The notes under the pieces: generated by a model
Told to the model about the DNA's origin: nothing
Database searches by the model: none
What the model saw: only the letters and a program-made list of their open reading frames with translations
DNA from: Diadema antillarum
Lineage: Eukaryota
NCBI RefSeq assembly: GCF_040938485.1
Contig: NW_027271121.1
Location: 186,001 to 250,000, forward strand
Direction of reading: 5' to 3'
DNA length: 64,000 nt
Shown here: one piece after another, positions 11,337 to 23,000 of the stretch
Numbering within the stretch: the stretch's first letter is position 1
Layout of the letters: each line of letters starts with the position of its first letter
Translations under genes and position numbers: made by a program

Positions 11337-14300
11337 CATCATCATCATCACTCATGTTCATGATTATTATTATCAATGTCATAAGTATTATTTCCATCAC
11401 TATTTTTGAAGGATTCAGAGTCAGAGGAAGAGACTGAGGAGGAGAAGAGAATCAGGGAAGAACGTGTAGCGGCATACAAAGCCAAGAAGGCTAAAAAGCC
11501 CGCCCTCATTCCCAAGTCCAACATCATCTTCGACGTCAAGCCATGGGACGATGAGACAGACATGAAGGAGGTGGAGAATGCCGTGAGATCGGTGGAAATG
11601 GACGGTCTAGTGTGGGGGGCATGTGAGTAGAACAATTTAGTATAATATACAAATGACGCACAGTTCCGAGTGCGTCAGTATGAATCGTGTGCATAAGGTT
11701 ACTGTGGAAAATGCTTAACCCACGAGGTGAAGGTGATCTGGTTGAGGCTAAATTCCATAGTTACCAAATGCGCACTAATCCAACTGACGCACAAAAAGAG
11801 ATGCGCTTCATTTGTGTTGTGGAATAGGGACAAATTTCTTGCCAGAAATAAATTTTTCAATCATGTTAACACAACTAACAAAGTAAAACTTCAGGTCCCA
11901 AAATTATTATTTAAAGGATCTTTATACATTTTTTTGCTCGGCTGTAACAAAATTTCATTATGACAAAGGAAAATTGTTGGTTCGTCAGGACTTTACAGGA
12001 GTTGCTTGTACTCCACAATTATGTATTTATAGTCGTCAAAATACAGTTAGCAATTGAATGAACGTGATTAGCGATAGAAACTAGATGTGCTGCCATTCTT
12101 ATTGGCTTTTAAAGGGACTGTACAGTACTTTTTAAGGTGAGGATTCAAGTTTATAACATTTTTTGACGAGATAATGAGAAACCTCATGAAATATGAAAGA
12201 GCGTGTAATTTCAAGAAGGATTCAACGTTAATTTTATGAAAATTGGCCTTGAAATGGCTGTGATATCCAAAAAAGCGATCCTAATAAAATTGACAGGCCA
12301 AGACTTTCATTAGGATCTCTTTGTTTTACTTTGTTTTAGATATCTCCGTCATTTCAAAACTGACTTTCATCAAATAAACTTTTGATTCCCCTTAGAATTG
12401 TATGCTCTTTAACATTTCATGGAGTTGTAAACCAGTACTGTACAGTCCCTTTAATTGCAACGTGATTGTGGTAATATATATGACTGTATAATGAAATCAG
12501 CTGACTCTGGATGATATGATCTGTTGTTTGATCAAGACAGTTCCGCTATCAGAACATTCACTGTACTTGAAAGGGAAAGGAAAGAAAAAAGGCTTTTAGT
12601 TTCTAACCAGATTTAAATATTGTGCCAAAAAAAGGAAAAACAAAACAAAGCAATCATGCTCCATATGATTCATGGTTCTTCATTTCATTTCTGACTATGA
12701 TCAAATGAACAAATGATTTCTGATCCAGTGTGAGATGCGAGTATATTTATTACTACCTTATATTGGAAGATTTCACAGAGGTCAGACTCATGGGTATTTA
12801 AAGGTAATGTTTACCTTTGGGAGCTGTGATTAAACAAATTTTTGAGTTATCACATGAAATGCATATGTGTAGGTCAGTTGTATCACAAAACATTCTACCA
12901 TATAAAAATTTTGCAGTAAAGCCTAAAATATGAGAAGATATCACAATTATGCTCACTAAACCATAACTGTAGACGGTTTAAAAAGACAATTTTATTATAA
13001 CTATTGTTCACATTTTGTATATTTAACAGTACTTGATATTGATTATACTGATTAAATTTTTTTACACTGGTCGTTTCCATACATGTACCTTACTCACATT
13101 TTAGAATTATTTTATAGCACTAAAGCTGGGTTTTTGTTTCATCTGCAAATGGTAAATAATGCCTTTAAACTTCATTGAGCTCGGATCTTGGGATATCTGG
13201 GCTTCATCGGTCAGCTCCCAATATGTTTGCATAATTTGCCATTGTCCTAAAAGTCAAGTGCTCTCTTTCTTGTTCACATTGGTCACCCTCAGCCAAACTT
13301 GTCCCTCTGGCGTACGGCATCAAGAAGATGCAAATCACGTGCGTGGTCGAAGACGAAAAAGTCGGCACGGACGACCTTGAGGAAGCAATCTGCGAGCATG
13401 AAGATTTGGTGAGTATACCGTATACGCCGAATATTTTCGCGAGGTTTTTTATTTTCGCAAATTTCGCGAGTCAGCTGCCCTTCGCTGAAATTAAAGACAT
13501 GCGAAAATATTGACTCTGATCCTGATATGAATGTGACATATGCGTATTCATTTCTCCATTCAGTACAGGACTCCATGATCGCAAATATAACCACCCAGGA
13601 AATCTTGATTCGCGAAAATTTAAACTTGCTAAAGCATAGACAGTACCCAACCCCAAGTCCCCCCTTTCCGAAGTGGCAAAGTTTCTTGTAAAAACATAGT
13701 ACCTGGTCAACAGAGCATCTACTGGTAATTAAAAAGAAAAGGCACATAGTGCAGGGGAATGTCATTCTAACAACTACTCAAAACCATGACGATTAATTTC
13801 TTATGGCAGGACACAAAATGTAAGAAATGTATAACCCACAAAACCACCTTGTTTTATTAAAGAGGGTTTTGTCATACCTCACCTTTTTATAATGAGTCAC
13901 TTTGACCCCCCCCCCCCCCCCCCCCCTTCAGATCTCGGCCCCCGATCGCACAATCGCCGCAAAATTGCCTGAACATAGAGCCGGATGTCAAATACAAGAT
14001 TACATGGTCATACAATAGAAAAATGTAGATTTTATATTTTTTAATAAATTAAATATTCAAATTTACACATGAAATCATATTTTCACCTATAACTCCATCA
14101 AAAAGAATGAAGGATTGCTAAATTTTTGTGTCAGAGTTCCTCAAGACACATCAAACCATTTTCTTTTTAAAAAATAGCGCAATCAAAATCATTTTCTTTT
14201 GTTTTTATTGTTTTGTTAATTTCTTATGTATTTAACTGTTTTTTCGACCTTTTGTTTTCTATTTTTTTTTTTGCCACAATTTGTTGCAGGCACTTTTTCA

Positions 14301-15232
14301 AGCTTATCTACATTAGAATTGATTAATTTCAATGTTCAAAAGTTGAAATAATCTAATTTATATCAATTAAACCAAAAAAAAAAAAATTAGCATTGCTGTT
14401 TTCGGGTTGACATGCATATGCAAAACATTGCGTAACTTCAGATCGGTGTACCCAGACGTCGCAAATTTGGTCTCAAAATATGTGGGAGACTTCAATGAAA
14501 AAAGTCGTGAAACGACACGGCAAAATCTTTGCGCGTTGCGGAATCGTGGCGCGAAATGTCGAGGGGTGTCAATTTGACCTTCATAGTTAGGTTTGTAGTC
14601 ATGGTACTTGATTAAAAAGGCAGAGAGGGAGAAAAAAACTCCGTGTTTGCCTGGTTTTCCTCGTCATCCAGCCATGCACCTGTTTGCTGATGGTAAATGC
14701 CTCGGGATGTGTTTTTTTTTTTTTTTTTTTCAGTGCATAGTGTCATTCTTGTTATTCACTGAAATGTTTCAAACATCTAGAGATGTGTTGTTACAAATGT
14801 GTGTCTTCTGAAACTGAAAAGTGAGTCGGCAACTAGAGTAACAAATTTGAGAAAATTGGTTGTGTTGAGATGCATTCAAATGCATGAGAGTAGGCATATG
14901 AACATCAGCTTATTCTGAGCACAGTCATACAGTCTTTCATGAAAAGTTAAAGAGTTTCAAATGTCAAGACTTTCTTAGACATAGAAATTTGTAGAAGAGG
15001 TAGTTGTGATATTACATTTTTTATTTTTGAACAATTTGAAATTATTGTTAGCCAATATCTTTATTTTGTAGTTTTCATGGTATCCATACCTTTCCGTATT
15101 GTAATCTGATTACACTTCACATTGCATTTCCATCACCTGTTTTTCTTTTTCTCTCTCTCTCTCGTTCTCACTTTCCCCCTTATGTACCCACAGATTCAGA
15201 GTGTAGACATTGCTGCCTTCAATAAAGTGTAA
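1398..15232 (+). CDS. EEF1D: Eukaryotic elongation factor 1-delta (eEF1B-delta), 8 coding exons, 271 aa: 1398-1511, 4225-4302, 8413-8506, 9651-9748, 10101-10166, 11412-11622, 13293-13408, 15194-15232
   Basis: All junctions are GT-AG and phase-consistent. N-terminal [12 protein letters not shown] and [10 protein letters not shown], leucine zipper ([29 protein letters not shown]), [11 protein letters not shown] acidic motif, and C-terminal GEF domain ([16 protein letters not shown]...[18 protein letters not shown]...[11 protein letters not shown]). Confidence 0.96.
2773..2844 (+). ncRNA. Candidate intronic box C/D snoRNA
   Basis: TCCT...AGGA terminal stem, variant C box CCGATGA (2777-2783), CTGA boxes at 2831 and 2837. 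ACTGCTGTTCATA (2818-2830) is complementary to the conserved LSU rRNA segment UGUGAACAGCAGU (rRNA sequence recalled from memory). The C box is non-canonical. Confidence 0.45.
4225..4302 (+). CDS. EEF1D: EEF1D coding exon 2, 78 nt ([26 protein letters not shown])
   Basis: Pyrimidine tract plus CAG acceptor, GTGAGT donor, phase 0-0; matches the IARARENIQKSL-like motif. Confidence 0.92.
4841..5519. mobile_element. MITE with TA target duplication (Tc1/mariner-like), about 680 bp
   Basis: 34-bp TIR TGTGACCAGCTACAACAAAAGGATCCGAAAGTCG with 2 mismatches; flanks reconstruct a palindromic GTCATATGAC site. Confidence 0.75.
7179..7456. mobile_element. Foldback family B copy with internal tRNA-like segment (7267-7338, - strand)
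   Basis: Inverted termini ATTGCAACTGATTGACAAA / TTTGTCAATCAGTTGCAAT; internal A-box and B-box-like motifs. Confidence 0.7.
7941..8089 (+). ncRNA. Candidate intronic box H/ACA snoRNA
   Basis: Hairpin 1 (TAAGTG/CACTTG lower stem, TTGTTTC/GAAACAA upper stem), H box AGATTA (8012-8017), hairpin 2 (GGGG-T-GAATT/AATTCCTCC) followed directly by ACA (8084-8086) plus 3 nt; 149 nt. No target identified. Confidence 0.45.
8413..8506 (+). CDS. EEF1D: EEF1D coding exon 3 ([31 protein letters not shown])
   Basis: CAG acceptor, GTGAGT donor, phase 0-1; start of the leucine zipper. Confidence 0.92.
8871..9378. mobile_element. Non-autonomous Helentron-type (HINE/DINE-like) element
   Basis: Sub-terminal inverted repeat ACCTCTGCC...GGCGGAGGT, 3' stem-loop ACCTCC/GGAGGT, internal (ACTA/AACA)n; homologous along its length to 56006-56484. 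Confidence 0.7.
9651..9748 (+). CDS. EEF1D: EEF1D coding exon 4 ([33 protein letters not shown])
   Basis: Long pyrimidine tract plus CAG, donor GAG|GTTGGT, phase 1-0. Confidence 0.9.
10101..10166 (+). CDS. EEF1D: EEF1D coding exon 5 ([22 protein letters not shown])
   Basis: TAG acceptor, GTAAGT donor; conserved DDDDxDLFGS motif. Confidence 0.93.
10255..10288. repeat. (AC)n microsatellite
   Basis: Read directly. Confidence 0.9.
11100..11400. repeat. Imperfect (GAT)n followed by (CAT)n: inverted trinucleotide microsatellite
   Basis: Read directly; polarity switches at 11300/11301. Confidence 0.95.
11412..11622 (+). CDS. EEF1D: EEF1D coding exon 6 (DSESEEE...[10 protein letters not shown]...GLVWGA)
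   Basis: EF1B central acidic region and start of the GEF domain; GTGAGT donor, phase 0-1. Confidence 0.95.
12113..12450. mobile_element. Kolobok-like TTAA MITE, family A variant
   Basis: TIR AGGGACTGTACAGTACT / AGTACTGTACAGTCCCT, TTAA on both sides; interior similar to other family A copies. Confidence 0.8.
13293..13408 (+). CDS. EEF1D: EEF1D coding exon 7 ([39 protein letters not shown])
   Basis: GEF domain motif; CAG acceptor, GTGAGT donor, phase 1-0. Confidence 0.95.
13418..13632. mobile_element. Partial TA-flanked MITE next to an EEF1D splice donor
   Basis: Starts TA|CCGTA about 9 nt into the intron; repeated TTTTCGCG / CGCGAAAA motifs as in 49999-50190; right end unclear. Confidence 0.45.
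13890..14580. mobile_element. Probable degenerate DNA-transposon remnant
   Basis: CpG-rich ends with short imperfect inverted motifs (TTGACCCCCC / GAGGGGTGTCAA) around an AT-rich core. Confidence 0.3.
15194..15232 (+). CDS. EEF1D: EEF1D last coding exon ([12 protein letters not shown])
   Basis: Invariant EF1B C-terminus [10 protein letters not shown]; CAG acceptor; TAA stop. Confidence 0.95.
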   Translation: MQSVDIAAFNKV

Positions 15233-16252
15233 CGCGACCTCTCCTGGAATCCATCAAAAGTCTGAAGAATTCATGGAACTTTCCTCTCCCGAAAGACTTC
15301 ACCCATCCCCACCGAATCCACGGTACACCCCTGACTGCCAGTTTGTAGGATGTGTGATTTCAAATTTCCCTTAGTCCCGCAGCCTTACACAGATAAAACT
15401 CCACATACTGTTCTCAAAAGCTAAATCGAATTTGAATGGGTAGTCTTACACCCTTCTCTTCCTCAGTGGGTTGGAGGCAATTTCTCTTTCAAGTTAGCAC
15501 CCTCCCTGGTTTTCCCTGACAAGATGTTAAGCTTTGACAGTGGTTTTGGAAACATGGTTAGACAGCTTAGGCATACTGCCAGTCCCAGGAATAACCATGA
15601 TAAACCATCTCCCCGCCCTTTTAGAGATGGATGCATATTCATGGTGTTATGATGCATATTCATGATTTCTGTGTAAGAATGGTTCATTCTCACAAAGGTG
15701 TGAAAGGTGTGAGGGAGAAGTCACACTAGATGATAAAACCAACTTGGGGGAACCAGCAAAATGTGTAAAAATCAGCAGCAGGAATGCAATAACAAGGGGT
15801 AGTGAAACACTTGTCCTCTGTTGTTTTTAAATTGATTTTCACTGGACATTTTGGTAGTGTTTGCAAATTTTGGCATGCTTAAAATACCCCAGTATCCCTG
15901 TACAGTATCAACAAACCATAAGTGGGATTAATTTTCTGTTCTTGATGTCAGAAATCAAGGAAAATCATGAAGTGAAAAATTGTCAGTAACCAAATCAGAA
16001 ATAGACTCTTATTTGAAAAGAGTGATTTTTGTGATTTTTCCCAGCTCTCCTCATCAGACTTTTCTTTTGTTGTGGAATGGAGGGGATTGCGGGAAAAATG
16101 ATTTATAATTTGTGATTGGAATATTGTTGAACAGATTCTCCTTTTGTAGACCTGGTATTCTTGCTTGTGGCAGCTTGCCAGGGTCAAAGATCAACTCCCC
16201 CACCCCCACTTACAAAAAAAAAATAATAATAATTGATTGATTAATACATTAA

Positions 16253-16683
16253 AGGTATTAGCCCACATTTGCAAACCCACGAAAATCAAAACTGCATAAA
16301 ATAGGTCCAATATGACTTCAAGTACAAGTTATAACAGTAACATACCTCACCTGTTGCTCTTTGTCTATACCATTTGATAAAAGAGAGAAAATCATCGTTT
16401 TAAAATCAATTTTCAAACCGGGTCATACCGACCCAAAATCGAATTACGAGCGCAGGCTAGCTACGTACATGTAACTTACACATGTATCGCATGCATGTAG
16501 TACATACGTGAACCGGAGCTAGCGAGCGTTATACGCATGCATACGGTGCATTTTCATTTATTTTTATGAAAGTAATGGACTAATTGGAACGAAATTTTGC
16601 ACAGGTGTTACTGCAATCATACCCAAACTCCATGCTAACTATGAGACCAATTGCTGTAGGTTTACAAATGTGAGCTAATACCT
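16253..16683. mobile_element. Kolobok-like TTAA MITE
   Basis: 25-bp TIR AGGTATTAGCCCACATTTGCAAACC with 2 mismatches; TTAA TSD. Confidence 0.8.
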
Positions 16684-17256
16684 TTAAGAAAGAGAATTTT
16701 GAATGGCAAGGCATGGGTTGAATGTTGCGGTTTCAGCAGTGATATGGAAGCCAGGGTTCACACACAAAACACAAGTCTTCAGCAGTCTGGAGATCCTCAA
16801 AAGTGTAATATATATTGTGATTTGCTGATACTTACTAAACATTTGTTTGAAGCATTTCATACAACATTTTATAGAAAAAAAGAAAAATACAGAACATGAA
16901 CACCATGTGTTACAACATCTGCAGTACAACTATAAAACAGATTATGCATAAAAATATAATTTCTGCTTTCTCATTGCCTCATTTCTGTACAGTACTTTGT
17001 CTGGTAGAAGTAATGTGAGGAGAGTGTGGAAGCTGACTGGGTCTGCATCCACAGTGAATGCATGCAAAGGCATGGTGATAACATTTTCTTTGCCTAACAA
17101 GCAGTACCATCATGGATCGTATTTAAGATGGAATCCAAGAGGATATGTAGAGAATATTTATGAAAAGCATTTGTAAGAGTTCACACTTACCTGCTTTTCA
17201 AACAGAAAATGTGAAGAATTAACACAGAGAAGAAAGGGAGAGGAAAAAAAATGTAT

Positions 17257-17318
<62 letters not shown>
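17257..17318. repeat. (GT)n(GA)n compound microsatellite
   Basis: Read directly. Confidence 0.9.
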
Positions 17319-17319
<1 letters not shown>

Positions 17320-17475
17320 ATGAGATGTGCAGTGAAGAAGTTGCAGATGTGCAGATAGGACAAGAACTGACAGAAAGAAAAAAAGTCTAAAATTAAAATA
17401 GTATATACGTGTACTAAGTGTACAATTATTAACTTTAGTAACTGATATCTGTAAGACAACAAGTTGAAGACCCAG

Positions 17476-17625
17476 GGGGGTGTTTCATTAACGTTTGTCA
17501 GTGCTGACAACTTGAATCACCATAGTAACGGTCAGTGACCAGAGCATCTCAGCCAATCAAAACCAAGGATTTTGCTGAAATAGTCAGTGCTGACAAACAT
17601 TGATGAAACACCCCCCCCCCCCCCC
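17476..17625. mobile_element. PIF/Harbinger-like MITE
   Basis: TIR GGGGGTGTTTCATTAACGTTTGTCAG / CTGACAAACATTGATGAAACACCCCC; 3-bp TSD CAG. Confidence 0.75.
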
Positions 17626-19994
17626 CAGAAGTGAGAAATATTTCTGCCCGAGTGTAGCATACAGTTACAAGTAAACTCACTGTGTCTTGACTTAATTTCA
17701 TTACAGGTACATGTATAAATCACATCGCATCACATTACTTTATCACACTTAAATTGCAGTCTTAGTCTGTAGAAAATTATCTCTGGAAGTAGAGAACTGC
17801 ATTTAGCTGCCCTGAACACTGGCTGAAAGTGTTGCCATTGCATTGTGTTTTGCCGTGACAAGCATATTTCTGATATCATCAGATTGCCAATCTAGTCTTG
17901 TTAGATGCCATCTTGAAAGGAAATCTGATAAACATTTAGAGAATTTGCCAGTGGGGAAGTTCTGCAGAAAAAGTGGAGTAAATCCCTACATCAAATCTGG
18001 AAATAAGACTACTACCCTTGTGGTTGTTGCCCTGGTATGAATGTACAAAGAAACTGCATAATTAATTTTGCACATTTCTGGATAAGTTCACACTGGTTTA
18101 CACTCCATGGTTGTCTCTGTTACATAGTATTGAACAGTTGTACACATACCTTGAATGAGTCAAAACGTGATACTGTAGAAGTGGAAATTTCTGCATTAGT
18201 AGTTTTCGCTCTCAGACCGGTAAGATTGATTTTGCTTATTTTTAATTCTGCAGAATCAAAATATCAAGAAGTATTAAATATAGCAAGAAAAACCTTCATT
18301 TCAGCGCTAGTTTTGCATCCCTTGAAATGCGTGAAAAATTCCTCACGGCAAAAATTTCCACTGTTACAGAAAATCATAAATCACATTGTTACCCTCTTTC
18401 ATAACATTATGAGTGACACATGTTTTGCTCTACTTCACAAAATTTTAGAAGTTAGATTTTAGCTTTAACCTAAAAAAAAATAGGGAAAAAAATGCATCCT
18501 GCTTGTCCTCACAAACAAAACAACCTACTACTTCTTTCAAACTTAAAGTGCAATTTCTTACGTTCACGTTCGCTTTAAAAAAAAAGTAAAATCTGATGAT
18601 CACAACGGTTTCATGAAATGTGACCTTAGCTGAGAAATCTGTGGAATTTTACACTTTGATTTGTTTCATGAATAGATTTTACATGGTAAATGTATTAATC
18701 GCAACAATATACCCCGGGCCACATATTCATATTACCAGAGGTACCTCACAAATCTACCATTGAATCATACTCAAATGCACCTTGTATTTACTAAATCTCC
18801 CCTCTTTCATGTGAAATCAATCAGAATACGAAGTATCCTTTACAACAAATTATTGTAGTCTTTTAATTACCGAGACTCACTGAGGGCTGCATTCCGTATT
18901 GAGCTTATATCACTAGATTATGCAATTGCGACAATCAATATTGAATTCTATGATATATTTTGTTTTGTGTTTCTATACTCGGATATGCCTATCATCGATT
19001 ACATTATATGTAAAATAAGAGATTTTCCCCATAATCTTGGGTAAATATTCGCATATTTGATAAGGAGTCTAAATTTAATGTTCAATTTGATTCAAAGTTT
19101 TAAAATTACAACATAATTTATACGCACAATGCAATACGTCGATTGTAATTGAGCCGATTGCATAAAATATTCTACAATTAACGTTGCACCGAAAAGTAAA
19201 AAAAAAAAAAACGAAGATAAAATGTGATATTAGCTCAGGCAGAATAAATGTCATGTAACTAAAGTTCAAGAAAATTACATACACTAAGTGTCATTTTATC
19301 AACATCAAAATATATTGCATCTTCTGTGAGAACTTCTTTGAAACTGCAGAGAATAGAGTCGAGGAAACATACGCACACGACTTAATCACGAAAATTCACT
19401 GTCCGATCTTTGTTAGCATGTTCTCGAACGCGTGACAGTACTATTGACAACTGAACAGTATGAAGTAAAATGAAAGAAAAAGCCTGATTGGCTGAGAGGA
19501 CGTCAACTCCTGTAAATTGACCAATCGGACGGACAACTAAGTTCTCAAAACTACATGGCGACAAGATACATTAGTGCAGCATGAACTGAAGGTTGGCGAA
19601 TGGCAACATTTGAAGTTGTCTCCACACTCTTGCTTCTCACGAAATATGCTCGGTGATCTGCGTTCACATTATCTTTGTCCCTCGCTTGAATCCTTGACAT
19701 TAGAACGTTCAGGAAAACCAGGGTACATCTTCTCGTAAATAGTAAATAGGGGCGCAAGCATCATCCTCAGACATCGTCTACAGTCTTGGCACATTTTGTT
19801 TTTCGGTGGATTTTCGCAATAAAAAAAATATTTTAAAAAAATCAAATGTGCGCACCACCGTTAAATTGTTTTGGGGAAGCCATACCAAACGTCCACACTC
19901 GGCGTGCTACCCCGAGACTCCCGTTGCACTTATCGAAGGCTTTCGTCTGTCGCGAACACAAGGAGGAAATTGCTGGTCCAAGATTTTCGCGTGG

Positions 19995-20008
19995 CTACCT
20001 GGTTACCC
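19995..20008 (-). CDS. Uncharacterised gene, probable last exon (GVTR*)
   Basis: Strong acceptor TCTTTCCCTCCTATTTCCCTGCTCCAG in the required phase; only 14 coding nt, so less certain. Confidence 0.55.
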
Positions 20009-23000
20009 CTGGAGCAGGGAAATAGGAGGGAAAGACGCATTGGGCATTTAATACACACTTCTTGGTTTAAAGACTCAACTATATGTCATAACGTTGTCTT
20101 TCTTTGTTGGATGTTCGCGTGTCGAAAGATGTCCAAAATTAATTCTATATATTTCTCGAATATAAAATTTCACAGTGTCCAATATACTTGGCACACGCGG
20201 ATCCCGCATTGGAGCTAGCCGACGTTAGTACATGTATTGAAACTGTATGCCACTGTAAGAGCAAATTTTATTTAATATATTTTCTTTCAGATCAACGACA
20301 TATGGATGAAATCGATGAGTATATCAACATGACTGTACATTGTCATGTTCATGCATTTTTAGATGAAGTACCCCTCTGAAGTTGACACACTCAATTATCT
20401 TGAAATGCATTGTCCAGATGAGCAGTTATGCCAACTCTACGTCAACAAAACACTTATGGATAGATATCATTTTCATTGTTTGTGATGAGTTTTAAAGGTT
20501 TGAAATTTTTTAATGATCACATGGTTTTGCCCAGAAACTAAGCTCACATTTTTAGTTTTGCTATATAACGACGATGGAGGCGACATAAATGATTTCAGGG
20601 GCGGATCTAGCTTTTTGTAAAGGGGGGGGGGAGGGGGTGTCCCCCCTCCCACAGTAGGGAGAATTTTTGAAAATCTGTGTGTAAAAATGGCGTTTTCTTG
20701 CATCTAAAACACCACTATTTTTGGTATAGAGGTCAAAATACATAAATAGAAAAAAACATTACAAGTCTTAAAAAAAAGATAAGATTTAAAAAAATGGTCC
20801 TCGGATTTTTTTTTTTTTTTTTTTTTTTTGGGGGGGGGGGGGGTTGCAACCCCCCCTCTAGATCCGCTTCTGGATTTAAACGGAAACAATTATATATTGC
20901 ATGAATCTATCTATATTATGGTGGTAACTATATGTTTATTGGGAGAAAAGAAGGAATGTCGAGGAATCCTATAACTGTTATCTCATATCCGGAATGAATC
21001 ACAATGTACATCTTTTCAGTCAAAGCTTTTGTTGTAATCTGTATCATTGATATTATGCATTAGATATATACCTTTCATTTCGGCGACGCACAACGCGTAT
21101 CATTTTCATCCAAGTAGCTCTTAATTTGTGCATCTGCTCTTCGGTTAAACACACTTTAATTCATTTATTACTGCGAAATTTAGACAAACATATTCATTCA
21201 AGCACAGAGATACTCAGACTTGTCATTCAGCAATTGTACACAAGGTGGCAAAAACAATACAAAACATAACAAAACGCGGGACAAAAACGTCGCAGGAGAC
21301 TGAAGAATTACCTCGCACTAAATTCGCAGCCTGGCCGATTGTCAGGCTGCTCCTGACCGGATTAGCCGCCGTGGCCGGAGGCTGCTTCGCGCCGTCCGCC
21401 GTCGGATGGCCCGCACCCTTACCGGCCGCGGCCAAGTTTGCGGTCACCTTGGCCATTTGGGAGAAGGAAGCGGGGTTGCTTTGCATGATGCCGGACAATG
21501 CTTTCCAGCGGTCACGCCCCTTGACCACGGCCGCCCCTGTTTCGTCACCTTCGGGTTTGTCCTGGATCGACAAGGTCACAAAAAGTAGAATGAAAAAATC
21601 GTTAATTTCGCGCCGCCCGTGACAATAGGTCTTTACGTCGCCTAGGTAATGTTTGTAGAGCTATGTTTTCGCTCGATGTACACGTCCGTGCATATTTAAA
21701 CAGTATTGACGTCAACGAAAGTGCAGAAGCTGTATGAGCTCCTTTTGAATGTCATTCAAACCGTCAGTATGGTTCTCTTGTGAGTTTATAAATCCTATAA
21801 TTTGGTATGACGTATACAAACATGATAACAATGTCCACCAACATCGCAACGGATGTCTTTCGTAGCTTTCATTAGTACGAAAATCGACGCAATCAACCAA
21901 TCATTTAAGTCAGTTATTACAGGGGTTTGAACTTCCTTTCTGCGATAAACATTGTTTAACTGCAACTTCAATAAACTGGTCTGTTTAATTCCACTGCCAC
22001 CAGAAAAACGAAATTAAGAAAATGAAGGGTTATGCACGTGTTTTGTACCTACTACAAAGTCTGCATTAGAATGCTGTTAAATTCCTCAACTTTTTTTTTT
22101 TTGTTAGTGCGACTACCGAAATATTTTCAGGGTTCAGGTGGTTGAGATTAAGAAGTCAAGAGAATTGAAGTTTCTCTTTTATAAGGAGGTTTAATTCCCG
22201 ATAACGGCTGTGTATTGCGACGTACTGATGGTATTACAGGGCAGAGCTGGAGGGTAACTAGGCGACACCAACCTGTTGGATGGCCTGAAGAGCCTGGCGA
22301 CCCATTTCGGACTTTCGTCTCCTCATCTCCGTGAACTCATCGAGTGAGATGCTTCGCGTGTTTGCTGCCGCCATCGACTCCCGTCTCCGTGACTTGATGA
22401 GCTCTGCCTGCTCCTGAGTCATACCTGTAGGATGAAGGCCAGAATTTGATGGATTGTCTTTTAAAATCATGCTTATAGCCAGAGCCCTTTCCTTTGTTTG
22501 TCAATCAATATGATTATTCCTACTTGACAGGATGATTACGAATGTGATAAATTATTGATTGATGGCCGTCACATACCATTGTATTTTCCCATGATATTAC
22601 CTTTACAATGCTAATTTGTATTGCCCATCCCCTGCATAACAATTGGCACGTCATAGAGGACAATAATGTATTAATTTGACTTTAAGCAAACATGAATTTC
22701 TACGCAGTGAAAGCGGACAAACACCTCTTTTGAAAGACTATGAATTCAAAATCCCGTAGATTAAAAAAAAAGATTTGCGATTTGTGGTCATAATTCGGAT
22801 TGTCATCGTAAGAGGTAAATTTCAATTGCTGATAATCATCCATGCCAAATGTCCCGTGTTGTCTTGTCCCTCGTGTTTCTCTTCGTCAGAATTATGATTG
22901 CTTCTTTCACGTTTAAAGTCAGAGAGAACCTCGCTTGAAGGTTTTGCTAACTTTCTGTAAGATAGCGATAAAGTAGAGTACATCGCTAAAAACTTTGTCT

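Noticed and set aside
11071-11409. Poly-Asp/Met/Ile ORFs
   Set aside because: Translations of the (GAT)n/(CAT)n microsatellite
12663-12725. C/D-like pattern with two CTGA boxes
   Set aside because: C box ATGATTC is poor, there is no terminal stem, and no rRNA or snRNA complement was recognised
13289-13765. 158-aa - strand ORF
   Set aside because: Runs antisense across an EEF1D exon and a MITE; composition is not protein-like
20188-20379. Apparent two-exon mini-gene on the + strand
   Set aside because: The implied intron (20255-20290) is only 36 nt, too short for this kind of genome
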